A stretch of 62,759 nt of DNA, filler included, from Collodictyon triciliatum (taxonomy: Eukaryota), in assembly GCA_043381765.1 (NCBI GenBank). It is 11 parts of 11 records of this genome, joined end to end, with 100 filler letters (N's around TTAATTAATTAA, not from the genome) between each part and the next. Parts side by side here need not be neighbours in the genome. Positions count along the whole stretch, not along the records: positions 34,311 to 39,926 come from JBHJMP010005075.1; positions 40,027 to 45,628 come from JBHJMP010005076.1; positions 45,729 to 51,338 come from JBHJMP010005077.1; positions 51,439 to 57,048 come from JBHJMP010005078.1; 7 more parts are not named here. One strand, given 5' to 3'. The position numbers and the translations under genes are program-made. Under the pieces are notes generated by a model. The model searched no databases and was not told where the DNA came from. It saw only the letters and a program-made list of their open reading frames with translations. How positions within the stretch are numbered: position 1 is the stretch's first letter; the number at the start of each line of letters is the position of its first letter. Positions 38,686-51,565 of this stretch are shown here, piece after piece.

Positions 38686-39854
38686 CATAATCATAATAAT
38701 CATAAATGCCGCACAAGGGACATAGATATCAGAAGTGTCCAGAAGGTAAGACACGACCGCAACCATGGCAGAAAGATCACGAGAGCAAGTGGTCTTGATC
38801 GAAGTGGGGTATTGAAGAAGTAGCTACATATTATTGCGCCAGCGGCAGACAGGTTTGCCCACGAGGCAAGGGTGTTGCTTTGGCGAGGGAAAAGAGACCA
38901 GCCAGGCTTTCGGCAGGCCTTTGCGCGTAGCGCTTACCGAGATATGGGCAGCGGCTATCTTGCCGCTCCACAATTCTCTTTGGACACGCAAGCAGGCGAC
39001 CATGGACACGTCGGCGCGTATTCAGGAAAGCAGGCTCAACCAGCCTCTGTTCTCAAGCCAGGCTAGATCCAGCTTTTCACCCGAGCCCATTTGTGCCTTT
39101 TGGTTTGATCCCTCGTTCCGCCGCTTTTCCGGACATGTGCCTTCCCTTGTGGTGGGCTTTATACACAATCCCCAGCGAGGCAGCAAGGCTTCAAAGAATT
39201 GTCACAAAATTGGAAGAGATGGTTCTAGATGATTTGGAAAGCGAATTAGAAAAGAAAGGCATAGCGAGTTTAGCAATCAGGTACCGTAATTCCACATTAA
39301 AAGACTCTGTCGTGTAGATGACTGATTGGTCTATCATACTTCCCCACAACTCCTTTGGGCTCCCTTGCCGATTTCTGGAAAGTGGGGATTCTATACGGAG
39401 AAAGGACTCCCAAAAAAAGATTATATGCGGTATTGAAGGGAAAAGTTAAGATCGCTCCGATTGAGGGACGCCCAAAAGCCAACCCTACTAAGATGCAGCC
39501 TGTGCAAATGCGGAATATATTTTTATGCTTCCTGTTTTCACTCTGACGCGGCATCTTTGTGTGCAATCCAGCATTCAGTGTTACTCCTGCTACAATGTCG
39601 TAAAGCAATCGAGAGGCAGCTTCCATCTACACCTTGATATGCACCTTCTTTTCTTATTCCTCATTTGGTTTGCTATCTCTAAGCTTCTCACTGGAGGCTC
39701 TAACAACTTTCGCTGTGTTATAATATAAAATACTGTGGAATTGGGTTGATGCGACGTACGGCGCGTGGGATAATAATTTAGTGTTCGGGTAACACCCAAC
39801 AGCTTACAACTCTAGATAGAAGTGGACTTCCTGCCACCAGGTGCTTTTTTTCTT

Positions 39855-39892
<38 letters not shown>

Positions 39893-40411
39893 AAATTTTA
39901 TTTTTTTTTTTTTTTCTTTTTTATTTNNNNNNNNNNNNNNNNNNNNNNNNNNNNNNNNNNNNNNNNNNNNTTAATTAATTAANNNNNNNNNNNNNNNNNN
40001 NNNNNNNNNNNNNNNNNNNNNNNNNNGAAGGGGCAATTGCGAGAGAACGCAATGTGCTCGTTTGCGCAAGTGTATATAAGAGAGAAGGGCGGCTATTCAG
40101 AAAAAATGGAGAAAAACACACTCCCGACTAAAGCGAAAAAAATGTTAGAGAATATGAAGAGGCGCGTGAGGGGCGCCTAGTTGCCAGATGGTTACATTCG
40201 ACATGACCTAGCCCTAAATCAAACTAGTTGGTGTGGGTGGCTATGCACTGGACAATTGCTCAACATAACTGAAGCCATCCTTTGAAGCTCTGGCTTTTAT
40301 ATCCTTTTCTCTACTTGGCAGAAACGTGACTTTTTTTTTTGAAATAGAAACAAGTACCTAAGAAAACAACCCACAAGCTAGCATATTGAGTGTACCAAAC
40401 GCACGGTCAGA

Positions 40412-41308
40412 ATGAGTTATATTAGTGATTTGAAAGAAGCACGCGAAAGGAGTTCGAATGAGACAGCTCAGCAGCCACTCAACTTTGTTCTATCTGAAAA
40501 CGCGTCATTGATTATTCAGAATTTGCTTCTGACAAACGCCATCCTATCTTACCAGCTACAATTGAAGGGAACGTCCATTCAAGACCAATATCCAGCCCTG
40601 TTCATCCCTATCATTAATTCGTTCACCTCTTCTAATATACCCAATGAACCAGCTGCGAAAGGTGATGTTTCAGCAGAAATCCCCATCGCATCGCATCCAA
40701 CTTTCTTCGAAGGTGGATGTCAACACCCTGAACTACAACCGCTATCTGAGCCTGACCAAAGGGATATCTTGCTTGGGGGACTGCAGTTTGATGAGATATC
40801 CAACACATACCCAGCTGGCTATCTGAATGATACGGCAACTCTCCCTTCATCCAGCGAGCCCGAGAGTTTCCATGTCCCTTATGATTATGGCGCACAGGAC
40901 GTGGATGAGCTTTTCAACCGCGCCGTGGATTATATTGGTGAGTATCCAGGTGATCTCGGACAAGATATAATAAAAGCACAGCCAAAGACATCATCTGAAA
41001 TCCTGGAGAGCGAGCACTTTTATGCAGATTACAAGAGAAGCCCTACTTCGGCAAGTTCGAAAACGCAGTTTAAAAAAAAGACCCAAAAAAGCAATCGGAA
41101 CAAGAATCGTTCCTACAATGCTTTCTTTGTCTTTATGATGCATCGACGTGATGACCTGCGCAGTTTGGACCCTTTCACGGACTACAAAGAGCTCACAAAA
41201 AGACTGGCACAAGAATGGATGAAGCTAAGTGACGAAGTCAAGAAGGTTTTCAAAGCAGAGGCTCGCCAATTGTCAGAGGCAAAGTTAAGGACAAAAGTTT
41301 CGACGTGA
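40412..41308 (+). CDS. Intronless HMG-box transcription factor (single C-terminal box, SOX/MATA-HMG-like)
   Basis: RSYNAFFVFMMHRRDDLRSLDP...KELTKRLAQEWMKLSDEVKKVFKAEARQL. Confidence 0.88.
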   Translation: MSYISDLKEARERSSNETAQQPLNFVLSENASLIIQNLLLTNAILSYQLQLKGTSIQDQYPALFIPIINSFTSSNIPNEPAAKGDVSAEIPIASHPTFFEGGCQHPELQPLSEPDQRDILLGGLQFDEISNTYPAGYLNDTATLPSSSEPESFHVPYDYGAQDVDELFNRAVDYIGEYPGDLGQDIIKAQPKTSSEILESEHFYADYKRSPTSASSKTQFKKKTQKSNRNKNRSYNAFFVFMMHRRDDLRSLDPFTDYKELTKRLAQEWMKLSDEVKKVFKAEARQLSEAKLRTKVST

Positions 41309-43628
41309 AAGCACACTGCGCTTCTTCCACTGAAAAAGAATTTAATACCAAGCAAAACAAAGCACCAGAATCTATCTGCGAAATATGTAGGAGTGTGAAT
41401 AAAAGCTTGGAGAAAAACTCTGATGGCTCTTAACTCTTCTGCCTTTCTTTGCCTGAATCTGTTTGAGTTTTTTCTTCTGATAAGCCTTTGTTTTATGGCT
41501 TCAAGAAAAAACAATTTCCACTCTTATTCAACGGAATATATAGTTTTGGAATTTATAATATACTGACTATTTATCCGTACATACGCCATACTTATCCTTA
41601 CATAAGTTATAAAACTGCAGCGTAATATAGTTCTGATTAATATGAGAATATCTGTACCATATATGCCGCCCTCACGCACCTATCTTGCTTGTCACCACAT
41701 TTACGGAGCTATTTCCTTACCCGGCCGGATTGAAAAAGGGTGCATCTCGAACTTAGGGCATGGAGCACCGAATCCCAAAACACCAGCATCTCGCAGCAGA
41801 CACAAACGGCTGCAACTTCTTCGGCCTCTTCTGGCCTGCTTGCAGAAGTCTGGAAACTGCCCACAACGCACATGCATATACTGAGACCGAAAAATCATGC
41901 CCACCCACTTTGCGCTCTTTGTCGGGTCTGCAAAGTTCGGGTATGCTGTACTGTTGTGTCGCTGCGCGGGGTTGCACATGGGTCTTTTTGGAAAGGTCGG
42001 CTTATTCCTTCGCTCTTTCATTTTCTTCGAAACGCATCTCCAGCCTCGCGCGCGAATGGATTTGGCCGCTCATTCGCTGCAAGTCACCATATCCCCCAAA
42101 AAAAGTACAAGATATGGGTTTCTCTTTGGTCTTAAAATTATGCCATGCAAAAAACAGCCAGGTTTATTGCAACAGCCAAGGAAGGTCTCACAGACGGGAC
42201 GGCATTCATCGTAATTCTTCATTGGAAATCGGCGACCATGTTTTTTTTTAAAAAAAAAATAATCAGTAGGACCAAAAAGAGGGAGAGAGGAAAATGATTC
42301 TCCTGTTTTTCTTACAATGTCAGAATATGGAAACACTGTCGTGGATGAAAGGATTGACTATTACGGGCTATTGCGGCAAATATGGGAATAGTTTCGCTGT
42401 CAAGAAGCTTGTGTGTCTTACCTATTCGCCTCACTAGTTCGGTCGTCCGTTCTACCAGAAGAAGCCAACCTCTCTTCCAGCAAATGTGCCATTGGGGCAC
42501 ATTGTAGACGAGCCCATTCTGCAGGCGAAAAACGGGTTGGCTTTGGTGCGCTCTTTGACCGCAAATGTTGATCTCTTCATCCTGCGGTCCAAAAAACTGG
42601 AAAAAATGCGGAAGAATACCACGTTTAGAATAAAGAAGAGCAAATCAGCACCAAAGAAAGAAGTGTGCGTCTGTGTAAGTGTTTTGTGAAAAAAATATTG
42701 CCAGAGCGGTTTGTTAGAAGCTGGATGGATCAATATAAAAAGTTGTCTGTGCTCTAATTACTGGATGTCTGCGGGCACTCATAGAGCATGGCAGAGGGTC
42801 TGTTGGAAGCACGGCGCTGTGAGGCATGATTGATTATGTAACTCCTCCATCATAGGTTTCTATTTGAGTTTGGAAGTTGTAAGATGACTTGCAGTAAAGC
42901 AGAGCACGCTATGCAAATCACAAGATGATTGATTTAGTTGTGTGGGCATCTAGCAAGAAAATAATATAATACACGATTGATCGTAATTCAGTGATGTGTG
43001 AGATGATTAATGATCACATACTTGATTGAACTCACGATCAAATCACCGAGAATCGCAAAATATTCGTGTTTTTTTCTATTCCTTCTGAAAAGATCAGCTG
43101 AGATTCTTGGGTGAGAAGGCGAGGCATATTGGTGATTTTCTTTCTTTCTCCTTTCGCCCAAACCTTTTCCACCGTTCTGGAAAACTATGAACTCATGGAT
43201 TCCGTCAAAGATCTTGTTGGAATCAGTATTCACTCGAATTTGCATTCTCAAACTGGCGGAATGGAAAAACCACAAATTCAATCCACAAAAGCAAAGGCGG
43301 TATCCCTTCTTCTTCCCATCCTTTTCCTCCTCAGTGAACACTATATAAGGTCACTGGTCTTGTATCCTGGACTTATGATCATCCACGAATCGATGCTTGA
43401 TGTAAAACGTGATGGAAATACAAAGTTGTTCCTCCGAATCAACAACATAATCAAGTGAGCAAGAATCTTTCACGAGCAATTAATTTCTTGCCGGTGGGTA
43501 ATAGAAGCCAAAAGCTAGACTTTTTCTTTTGCAAAAAGAAACGGAGAGTATTTATGAGCTTGTGAGGATATAATTATTAAACCCTCATGTTTGCATAACT
43601 GTATAGTTAAGATATTATTGTAAAAAGG

Positions 43629-44789
43629 ATGGAAGGAGGGCGATACAAACCTTATGACTTCGTCCCGATGCGCGAGAGAGGTGCTGCGTCTTTCGAGGAA
43701 AGGTCCTCTCAATCCCTGGTGACTCTTCCTTCATTCCGGCAGCTGGAGAGTCAAATAGTTGCGCAACAACGACTCCACAGGACAGTGCAACTTTTACCTC
43801 CTTTTCGAATACTTCAATCACATGTTCAAACACCATCTTCATCATTCAGTATTTCACCCACACAAACAGCTCCGATTGTTCCAAGATTGAATCTGCCAAA
43901 TCTATCTCATCCACCAATTATTCAACTCCCAGCAGGGACGGTTATCAACATAAAACCGGAATTATACTACCTAGAACAAGTAAATATGATTTTAAAGTAT
44001 TCGTTCATAAGCGAGGTCAATAGAGCAGCCTTTTTGCAGGCGGCCCATTCAAGTCATCCTGGATTAGCTCTGACACAGCAAATAGCCGCCCAACGCACAG
44101 ACGATAGGCCTCATCTGCAACCAACTGAGTTCAGCCATTCCAACTCAAGCAATTCGTACACGCAGCAGATGCCGCTCCAGTCTTTTCAAAGAGTCGTCCA
44201 AGCTATACCCGTGATCCAAACTCAAACACAAAACATTATCCTTGATAAAACTATGAACTTTTCTCAAGAACCACTGATTTCATCGTTTAAAAGAACAGAG
44301 TTTCAGAGCACAACAAGTCATGAAGCCAAATCCACAGCCGTGTATCTAAGGAGACCCATTCCGACTTTTGAATATCTTGTTCAATATATCACTCCACAAG
44401 TGCCAGACGAACTCGAGCTTTCTTCAAATGGCTCCAAAGAAGATGAGGTATCCAACATCGACAAGGGCTCAAGTGGGTTGCAAGATAGCAAAAAATGTGG
44501 AAATCCCATCGAGAAGACCCCCATGATTCAGTATCGCATTCGAAGGAGAAGAAAATGTAGCCCTGGAAAAGAAATGACCCCATACAACTCCTTTGTGGTT
44601 TATATGCTTGCCCACCGAAACGCCCTCCGTAGTTCTGATCCGTTCTTATCGAACCGGGATATGACAAGGCACTTGGCTGAAGAATGGTCGAAGGTGCCTG
44701 CGATGGAGAAGGCTCATTACCGAAGATTGGCAAGAGAATTGACAGAATATCGCAGCAAATTAGAGCCAACAGCGTTCCAAAAGAAATGA
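43629..44789 (+). CDS. Second intronless HMG-box transcription factor (single C-terminal box)
   Basis: TPYNSFVVYMLAHRNALRSSDP..SNRDMTRHLAEEWSKVPAMEKAHYRRLAREL; Q/P/S-rich N-terminus. Confidence 0.88.
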   Translation: MEGGRYKPYDFVPMRERGAASFEERSSQSLVTLPSFRQLESQIVAQQRLHRTVQLLPPFRILQSHVQTPSSSFSISPTQTAPIVPRLNLPNLSHPPIIQLPAGTVINIKPELYYLEQVNMILKYSFISEVNRAAFLQAAHSSHPGLALTQQIAAQRTDDRPHLQPTEFSHSNSSNSYTQQMPLQSFQRVVQAIPVIQTQTQNIILDKTMNFSQEPLISSFKRTEFQSTTSHEAKSTAVYLRRPIPTFEYLVQYITPQVPDELELSSNGSKEDEVSNIDKGSSGLQDSKKCGNPIEKTPMIQYRIRRRRKCSPGKEMTPYNSFVVYMLAHRNALRSSDPFLSNRDMTRHLAEEWSKVPAMEKAHYRRLARELTEYRSKLEPTAFQKK

Positions 44790-46861
44790 CATGCTCTCTC
44801 ACCACAGAAACCAAAATACATACAGTAATAATTTCCTGACATCTAATCTTTTATCTCCCATCACAAAACTCGACCTATTACTCTGACATAGAACAATAAT
44901 CATGAGCAAAAATTCACCATCCACATTTCTATGTTACTCCTCTCATCAACCGGTCGTTTCGACTGCGGTTGCGCCGTGGTATAATAAAAAAAAAATACTC
45001 TTATCAACTTGTCGCGCCAGAGCATAAACTATATTGTGACATGTTCATTCTACGTTGCGCGGTTGTATCAAACCGCAAAAATGCTTGTGCAAAATACATG
45101 TATGCTTTTACAAAAAGCTATTAGATATATACATTATAAATGTATGCGTGCTACCCACAAAACGAAAGGAGCCACGCAGAAAAAGAAACCTCTTTACCAG
45201 GTAAAAGGGACTGCCGTAGAAACGCTCCTGAGCCATTATCCTCGAGTTCTTGCGCCACGCATCTGCTTCACCAAAACAAGGCAACAAAAGGAACGGAATA
45301 ACCGGAACAATTCGACATAGTGGATGTAATTAACCCTTTCATCCAACAAATACTTTGTTTGGTTTTTCTTCATTTTTTTTGTTCTGGGATTGGTGGAAAG
45401 AAGGGGTTCATCTGATTTGGTCTCCTCTTTGTAAAATATTGTTCGCTGACGCCTTCCAGAGCAGATGGTGCATTTATCACAAGATTATCGTCCTCTCGTC
45501 CCATATACTAGGGAATTAAAAGTTATGAAAGAAAATGAAAGAAAATGAAAGAAAATGAAAGAAAATGAAAGAAAATGAAAGAAAATGAAAGAAAATGAAA
45601 GAAAATGAAAGAAAATGAAAGAAAATGANNNNNNNNNNNNNNNNNNNNNNNNNNNNNNNNNNNNNNNNNNNNTTAATTAATTAANNNNNNNNNNNNNNNN
45701 NNNNNNNNNNNNNNNNNNNNNNNNNNNNTTCGCATGAAAAACCAAAGGCAGTTGATTATACCTGACTCACTGAATTATCTATGGCCATGGCGTACTTCAA
45801 GCTGTTTCGATACAAAATCATCAGTCCTAATCCTTAATAACCAGAGAAAATGAGTTAATGGGCCGAAACTATAGGCATTACAGACAAATATTAGAAAAAA
45901 GAAGCAAGACAACATTCTTCGATAATTTGACTGCAAGAAAATAGAGATGTGTAATGTGCGTCGTGCAATACCTCCCACAAAATATCGAAACCCATGTTAC
46001 CCACGCAACCAATCAACCAGTTGGGCCGCCCACCTCGCCATCACGCCCACTGATGATTTTTCCAGCGCTAGCCTCTTCTCAGTAACATCTTCTCCTAATC
46101 GCGTTTGCTCTGTACCATGCGCACCATATCATTTCTTTTTATGGCATTAATTTCTTTCCCTTACATCTAACAAGGAGTAAAAATATGCTAAAACCTCGCA
46201 AATCACAACAAAATGGACCTAGCTGCACAGAATAATTCAAATATATATGAATCTTTTATCGTAAATTACAAAAAACTAATTGTGATTTACAACCAAAAAT
46301 ATATGTCATGGGCTTCAATACCATGTGAGTTTCATGTTGCAAGTCACAAACGATAGCACTTCAATTTGCATTTTTATTTCTAATAGAATACATTAATATA
46401 AAAAAGGAATGAATTCACAACAGAACCAGATTATTTGCTTTGTTATTCAATTGGATTGTGATGCTTAAATAAAAAAACTTGATTAAGTTTAATTTTAACA
46501 GGTAATTTATATAAACTTCCCTATGTTTTGTAAACACAATATAGAATCTCAGAACCCTAATTTCTGCAAATAACAAAATCCTAACAATATTCACATTTAA
46601 AAAAAAGAATATTTATTGGTTGATTTATATCCTTTACATTTAAAAGCATCGAACTAGAATTTTCAATTATTTCTTTATCCCAAATCGATGAGCTGTTTCA
46701 TGATTTCAAAATTGTAAAAGATTAAAAAATTCATCTACATTTCTAATTCAATTATAGTATTATGATGTAATTTATGCTTTGATTTATTACGTTTTGTAGC
46801 AAAAGATAGTTGAATTTTATGTTTTCTGGGCAAAAATATGCTATGAAAGCATAAAATTCAT

Positions 46862-48457
46862 TCAAGAGAAGATGTTTATCCACCACATCGTTTGTAGAAA
46901 GCAATAACTCGAAAATGTGAATAGTATAATTCTGTTCATAGGTCTCCAACTTTTAAATCCATCCTCACTAATATGACCCTTGTGAATTTCAATCGAAAGT
47001 GTTGTGATGTCTGACAAAATTTCAAATATTAGTTGTACCATAATTTGATAGAAGCATTCAGAAAACGATTTGATCACTTGAAATTTTGATTCTTTCGCCA
47101 AAGGATGCACAAAATACATGAGCAAAGGTGTAAATATGATTGAATAGAACTCCGATATGATACCGTCATAGATGTATTTTGCCTTGAATGCGATCGATTC
47201 TTTCACAAAATTCGCTTCTTTATCTGATAGACCCAATTGATTATCATGCTCTCTTACATGCAAGCCTTGAGAATTCTGAGCCTCATCTCCAGGGACGATG
47301 GAAGCAAGCTTTCTCGATTTCAATCTATATGATAATTTTGACTGAATACTAGATGCCAAATTTTGTATCCGAAACACACATTTAATCCTTTGTTCGAAAA
47401 ATACAGTCGAAAGTATCTCAATCATGGCTGCTGCAAAGTTGACCATGATGAATTCAATAGAAAGTGCACCATCTGTGGATATGTTTGAAATTAATAATCT
47501 TCCAACCAACTGAATGTAGTGGTTGCACATCTTGTTCATAGTCAACCTTTTATCCGTGTGCTCTTTCGATAAGCCGTATATCAGCTTCAGCTGAATCCAA
47601 TTTGATGAAACAAAACAAACAGGGAAAACAGCGAAACGGAAAACAAGCTGCATGGTAAATGAAGAATCCAAGTAAATCTCCAAGATATTGAAAAAAAAGA
47701 ATCCAACAAAAACGTAAAATGCAGCCAACCCTTTCAGCAGAGCAGATACCGAGCCGTCTTTTGTTGCAGTGTAATATCGTTCCTCCTCATCGCTCATTCT
47801 TTCAGGTTTTTTTGATTTAGAAACCATGAATAAACCGATAGCAATCCAAAAAAATGAATTAATCCAATAAATGTTGCTGTATGTGGTGTTTGAGGCCAAC
47901 AAGAAATTGAGGACATTTTCCAATAAATACCCAGGTAAAAGGGCATACAATATTGTATTTTTTGAGAACTGGAAGCTGACAATCTCAACAAAAGCAAAAG
48001 CGTAGGATGACCAAACTGCAAACGCACTCAAAAAAACTCTTCCACTTTTGTAGATGATATCCTCGACCATCCCAAGCAAACTCGGAGACAGTACAATGGC
48101 GGGTATGAAGTAAATCCAAAGAGAAAATAGGTTTGCTGAGAAGACAGGCAATATCTCATATACAGCCTTAAACCATAACACGAATGCCAACCTCACGGAA
48201 CTAATGCACGATGTTTTGATTAAAGCTCCATCATTTCCTTCCTGCTCACACTTTCTGTCTGCATTTATTGTTCCCGGTTGATTATTCTGTGCATTACTTC
48301 CAACTGGCCCGTCTGCATTCTGAAAGCTTGTTGTATTTTTACAGCTTTCTGTTCGTGTGACTATTTTTCCTGTCTGCTCATCTTTCTTGTGCGGCTCTGG
48401 TTGCCTTTGTGTTTTGATCTGGTCTGGTGTCTTCTCTTCGATGTCCTCAACCTCCAT
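46862..48457 (-). CDS. Intronless orphan multipass membrane protein (531 aa)
   Basis: Long uninterrupted ORF with a hydrophilic N-terminus and roughly ten hydrophobic stretches; no family recognised. Confidence 0.75.
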   Translation of the reverse strand: MEVEDIEEKTPDQIKTQRQPEPHKKDEQTGKIVTRTESCKNTTSFQNADGPVGSNAQNNQPGTINADRKCEQEGNDGALIKTSCISSVRLAFVLWFKAVYEILPVFSANLFSLWIYFIPAIVLSPSLLGMVEDIIYKSGRVFLSAFAVWSSYAFAFVEIVSFQFSKNTILYALLPGYLLENVLNFLLASNTTYSNIYWINSFFWIAIGLFMVSKSKKPERMSDEEERYYTATKDGSVSALLKGLAAFYVFVGFFFFNILEIYLDSSFTMQLVFRFAVFPVCFVSSNWIQLKLIYGLSKEHTDKRLTMNKMCNHYIQLVGRLLISNISTDGALSIEFIMVNFAAAMIEILSTVFFEQRIKCVFRIQNLASSIQSKLSYRLKSRKLASIVPGDEAQNSQGLHVREHDNQLGLSDKEANFVKESIAFKAKYIYDGIISEFYSIIFTPLLMYFVHPLAKESKFQVIKSFSECFYQIMVQLIFEILSDITTLSIEIHKGHISEDGFKSWRPMNRIILFTFSSYCFLQTMWWINIFS

Positions 48458-48515
48458 GCCTTTTTTGTTTTGCGTCTGTTAACACATAGGTATTTTATGA
48501 TAAGTGATTCTTCAT

Positions 48516-48670
48516 TTTTGTTCTTTACTTTGTTCTTTACTTTGTTCTTTACTTTGTTCTTTACTTTGTTCTTTACTTTGTTCTTTACTTTGTTCTTTAC
48601 TTTGTTCTTTACTTTTTTCTTTACTTTTTTCTTTACTTTTTTCTTTACTCTGTTCTTTACTTTGTTTTTT
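48516..48670. repeat. 12-bp tandem repeat (TTTGTTCTTTAC)n just upstream of the membrane-protein start
   Basis: Direct reading of the sequence. Confidence 0.9.
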
Positions 48671-49039
48671 CTTTTATTTTTTTTAAAGTTTTCTGTTCCC
48701 TGTTGTTACATGGTTTCTGACTCTTGTTCAGATCAAAAAAAACGTTTTCGAACAAGAATGGTATGTTCAAACCAGATTATAAACAGAAGAATGGTGATGA
48801 ATAGATTCACTGATGTAATTTGATGCATCAAAACATGTGTCATCTGCACTTTATTCCTTGTTCTGCATGCATAAACACCAGACAAATCATAATCTCTCTC
48901 ACACAGCCACAGTGGGCAAACCATACACCTGCATTACGGGGCTCTTTGCAGCATCGGCCATGCACCTCCAAATCCACCTCAGCATCCCAACCACACACTC
49001 CATATTCCACTCACACATCGCCTCTCTGAAGCATGCTCG

Positions 49040-50120
49040 GGTGAGGTCTGCGTATTAAGCATCGCGGTCGTGGGAAGTGGGAGCCAAGTTTTTGCAGAAG
49101 CGGATTAGCCGGACAACCTGGAGTGCAGGCATCGAGCTGAACGGTCTCCATTCTTCAGAGCTCCCAAAGGATGACGCTCGTGCCGAAGACATCCGCCTTT
49201 TCGTTGGACTTTTTGATGCAGTTTTAATGTTATAGTAGGTATGTTTTTGTTTCTTTAGTTTTTCCCTTTATTTACTGAATTGGGAATGTGATGGAGTAAG
49301 GCTGATGACGCCTGAAACAAAAAAAAAACAATCGGGATATACCTGTCTATAAAAAAGGCGAAACCTTCTAGTGCCAATCGTCCCGTTCGAAAAGGATGAA
49401 TTTCGCTTGACCTTGTTCATTCCAAAATCCGCCACTTTAGCAGCCCGGTTTTCTGCCAATCTGTTAATGAGCCCAGTGTGAATAAAAAAAAAATATAATA
49501 TTTTAAAACGAGTTATAATTCATAAAAAAAAAAACAGGTTTGACGATTTCAGGTCTCGGCGAATCATGTACGGTTTTTTCTTACGTGTAAATAGCTGACA
49601 TACAACAATACATCAAAGGCGACGTGCAATCTGCGCGAAGAGAGGCAAAGGCGGGTGGCGGTTTTTTATGACGTCGTTGAGAGAACCTCGAGCACAGAAT
49701 CCCATGACGATACACAGGTCATGAAGCTCTATCCACGCACCCATAAACAGACAAACATCCGGACGTCTCAAGTGGCTATGTACGGTGTTTCTTTAGCTTA
49801 ATCGCAAGTTTACTTAGATAATTTGGTTTAACAAACGATGAATTGAACAAATATAATTTCTTCATGAAGTATATTGGATTCTGTCCACGAATGCAATAAG
49901 GGGTTTGCACTAATGGGAAAAAAAAGACATCAAATATGTTTTTGGTCTATCTTGCGAGTTAAAAACGCAATGAGATTTAGACTTCTGCTCGAAATTCTCG
50001 GACGAGTTACTTTGATGGATGTTGTGAGAAGAGCTCTAAATCACGACCTCTGTTCCACGATACCATCCTTGGTAAACCTGGCCGATTTGATGATAGATAA
50101 GTTGGGCAAGGCGAATTTGT
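49040..50120 (-). pseudogene. Decayed TKL-type protein kinase
   Basis: Fragments QVYQGWYRGTEVVI* (stop at the VAIK lysine), HLRRPDVCLFMGA, IVMGFCARGSL, YLH then a frameshift before IRRDLKSSNL (HRD changed to RRD), AKVADFGM, GTIG, KADVFG. Confidence 0.8.
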
Positions 50121-51438
50121 ATTTACTTTGTTTCGATACACAAATCATATTTACATGAAATATCTGGTTAAGTTTTGGTGAAGTATTTGGCGGAATCATC
50201 CCGCCCTCCTCTGAATGATTCGACGATAAATGGGCATTTGTTAGTGGTGCTCATGGCTAGGCTGATGGCTTAACAAAATTAGTAGTCTCAGTTTTCTATT
50301 AATGAATGGTTTGCTGTCGACTGGATTCAAGAAATGACGATGGTGTGAGTATTTCCTCAAAAATCAGTCATATATACAGGTGTATGACAAAATGAATAAA
50401 ATGCTGTGGTGATAATTCCGATTGCCGCTTTCTTAAGGGACTCATGACAGGTTTTGCTTGACTATGAAAGGGCTGCAAAAATTTAAGAATAATGATGTAG
50501 AGTTCTCATCTTTAATAAAAAAAAAAAAAGAAAGAGGAAAGTAATCCATTTTATGTCCCTTGAATGCTTGCAAATGACACACGAACAGCATGAAGGTCTT
50601 CATGTTTCCTAATAATAACCATGTCACCTTCTTCGTCCTATTGTTTGGGTGAGATAACCAAAGTTCTTTCAATCACACAGTGTTTGATTATAGCTATCAA
50701 TATTGACATTTCATTATATGATTGACAATTTATCTGCATTTTTAATAAGGGAATTAACTGTTTATTTTAATAATACCTTGCATTGAATAGTGATGTCCGT
50801 CTGGTATTCGGATAAATGGCAGCTTTTTAAATCCTCAAACAAGCAGCTGTAAGGTAGTGAAATTATTCTGAGCTTGCCTTCGAAGCAACACTTGAACCTA
50901 ATCTGTAGAGAAAAAGAATTCAGTTTGTCTGGAATTTAATCGCTTATTTCAATCCCCTTTTCTTATGGCTGTGTCCAACACCCAAGACTGTATATATTTT
51001 TTTTATTCTAAAAGTCTTAGCTGTTGAGCCCGTCTCAACAATCTTTCATTCAACCATCAGGAAGTAGTTCCAAAGTAGGTGGGGATGTGTGGGAGATAGA
51101 AAAGAAAAACAGGGAAAAATATAAAGGAAAAAAAAGGGAAAAGAGAGGTCCTTGAGGCTTGATAAGAGACGCATGGATTTCTTTTGGGGACGCGTGATAG
51201 TGTCCCGCGAGTATGAGAAAAAAAGGGACGGGTGATATTGATTGGATGGAGGAGGGGGAATACTGCTTTGATGGCGCAAGCTGTCGAAAAGGATGGTGAA
51301 AAGAGAAGTGAGGTTCGTTTGATAACCACTAGGTCGAGNNNNNNNNNNNNNNNNNNNNNNNNNNNNNNNNNNNNNNNNNNNNTTAATTAATTAANNNNNN
51401 NNNNNNNNNNNNNNNNNNNNNNNNNNNNNNNNNNNNNN

Positions 51439-51534
<96 letters not shown>
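51439..51534. repeat. (ATCT)n microsatellite at a contig edge
   Basis: Direct reading of the sequence. Confidence 0.95.
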
Positions 51535-51536
<2 letters not shown>

Positions 51537-51565
51537 TCATTTAGATTATTTACTTTACATCTAAG

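Noticed and set aside
41640-43460. Overlapping short ORFs between the HMG genes
   Set aside because: Several frames on both strands are open with no recognisable motif or consistent exon chain; this may be decayed sequence but cannot be supported.
50045-50060. Stop-codon reassignment suggested by TAG in place of the kinase lysine
   Set aside because: The same locus has a frameshift and lost HRD, and intact genes such as PACRG end in TAG with no internal stops.
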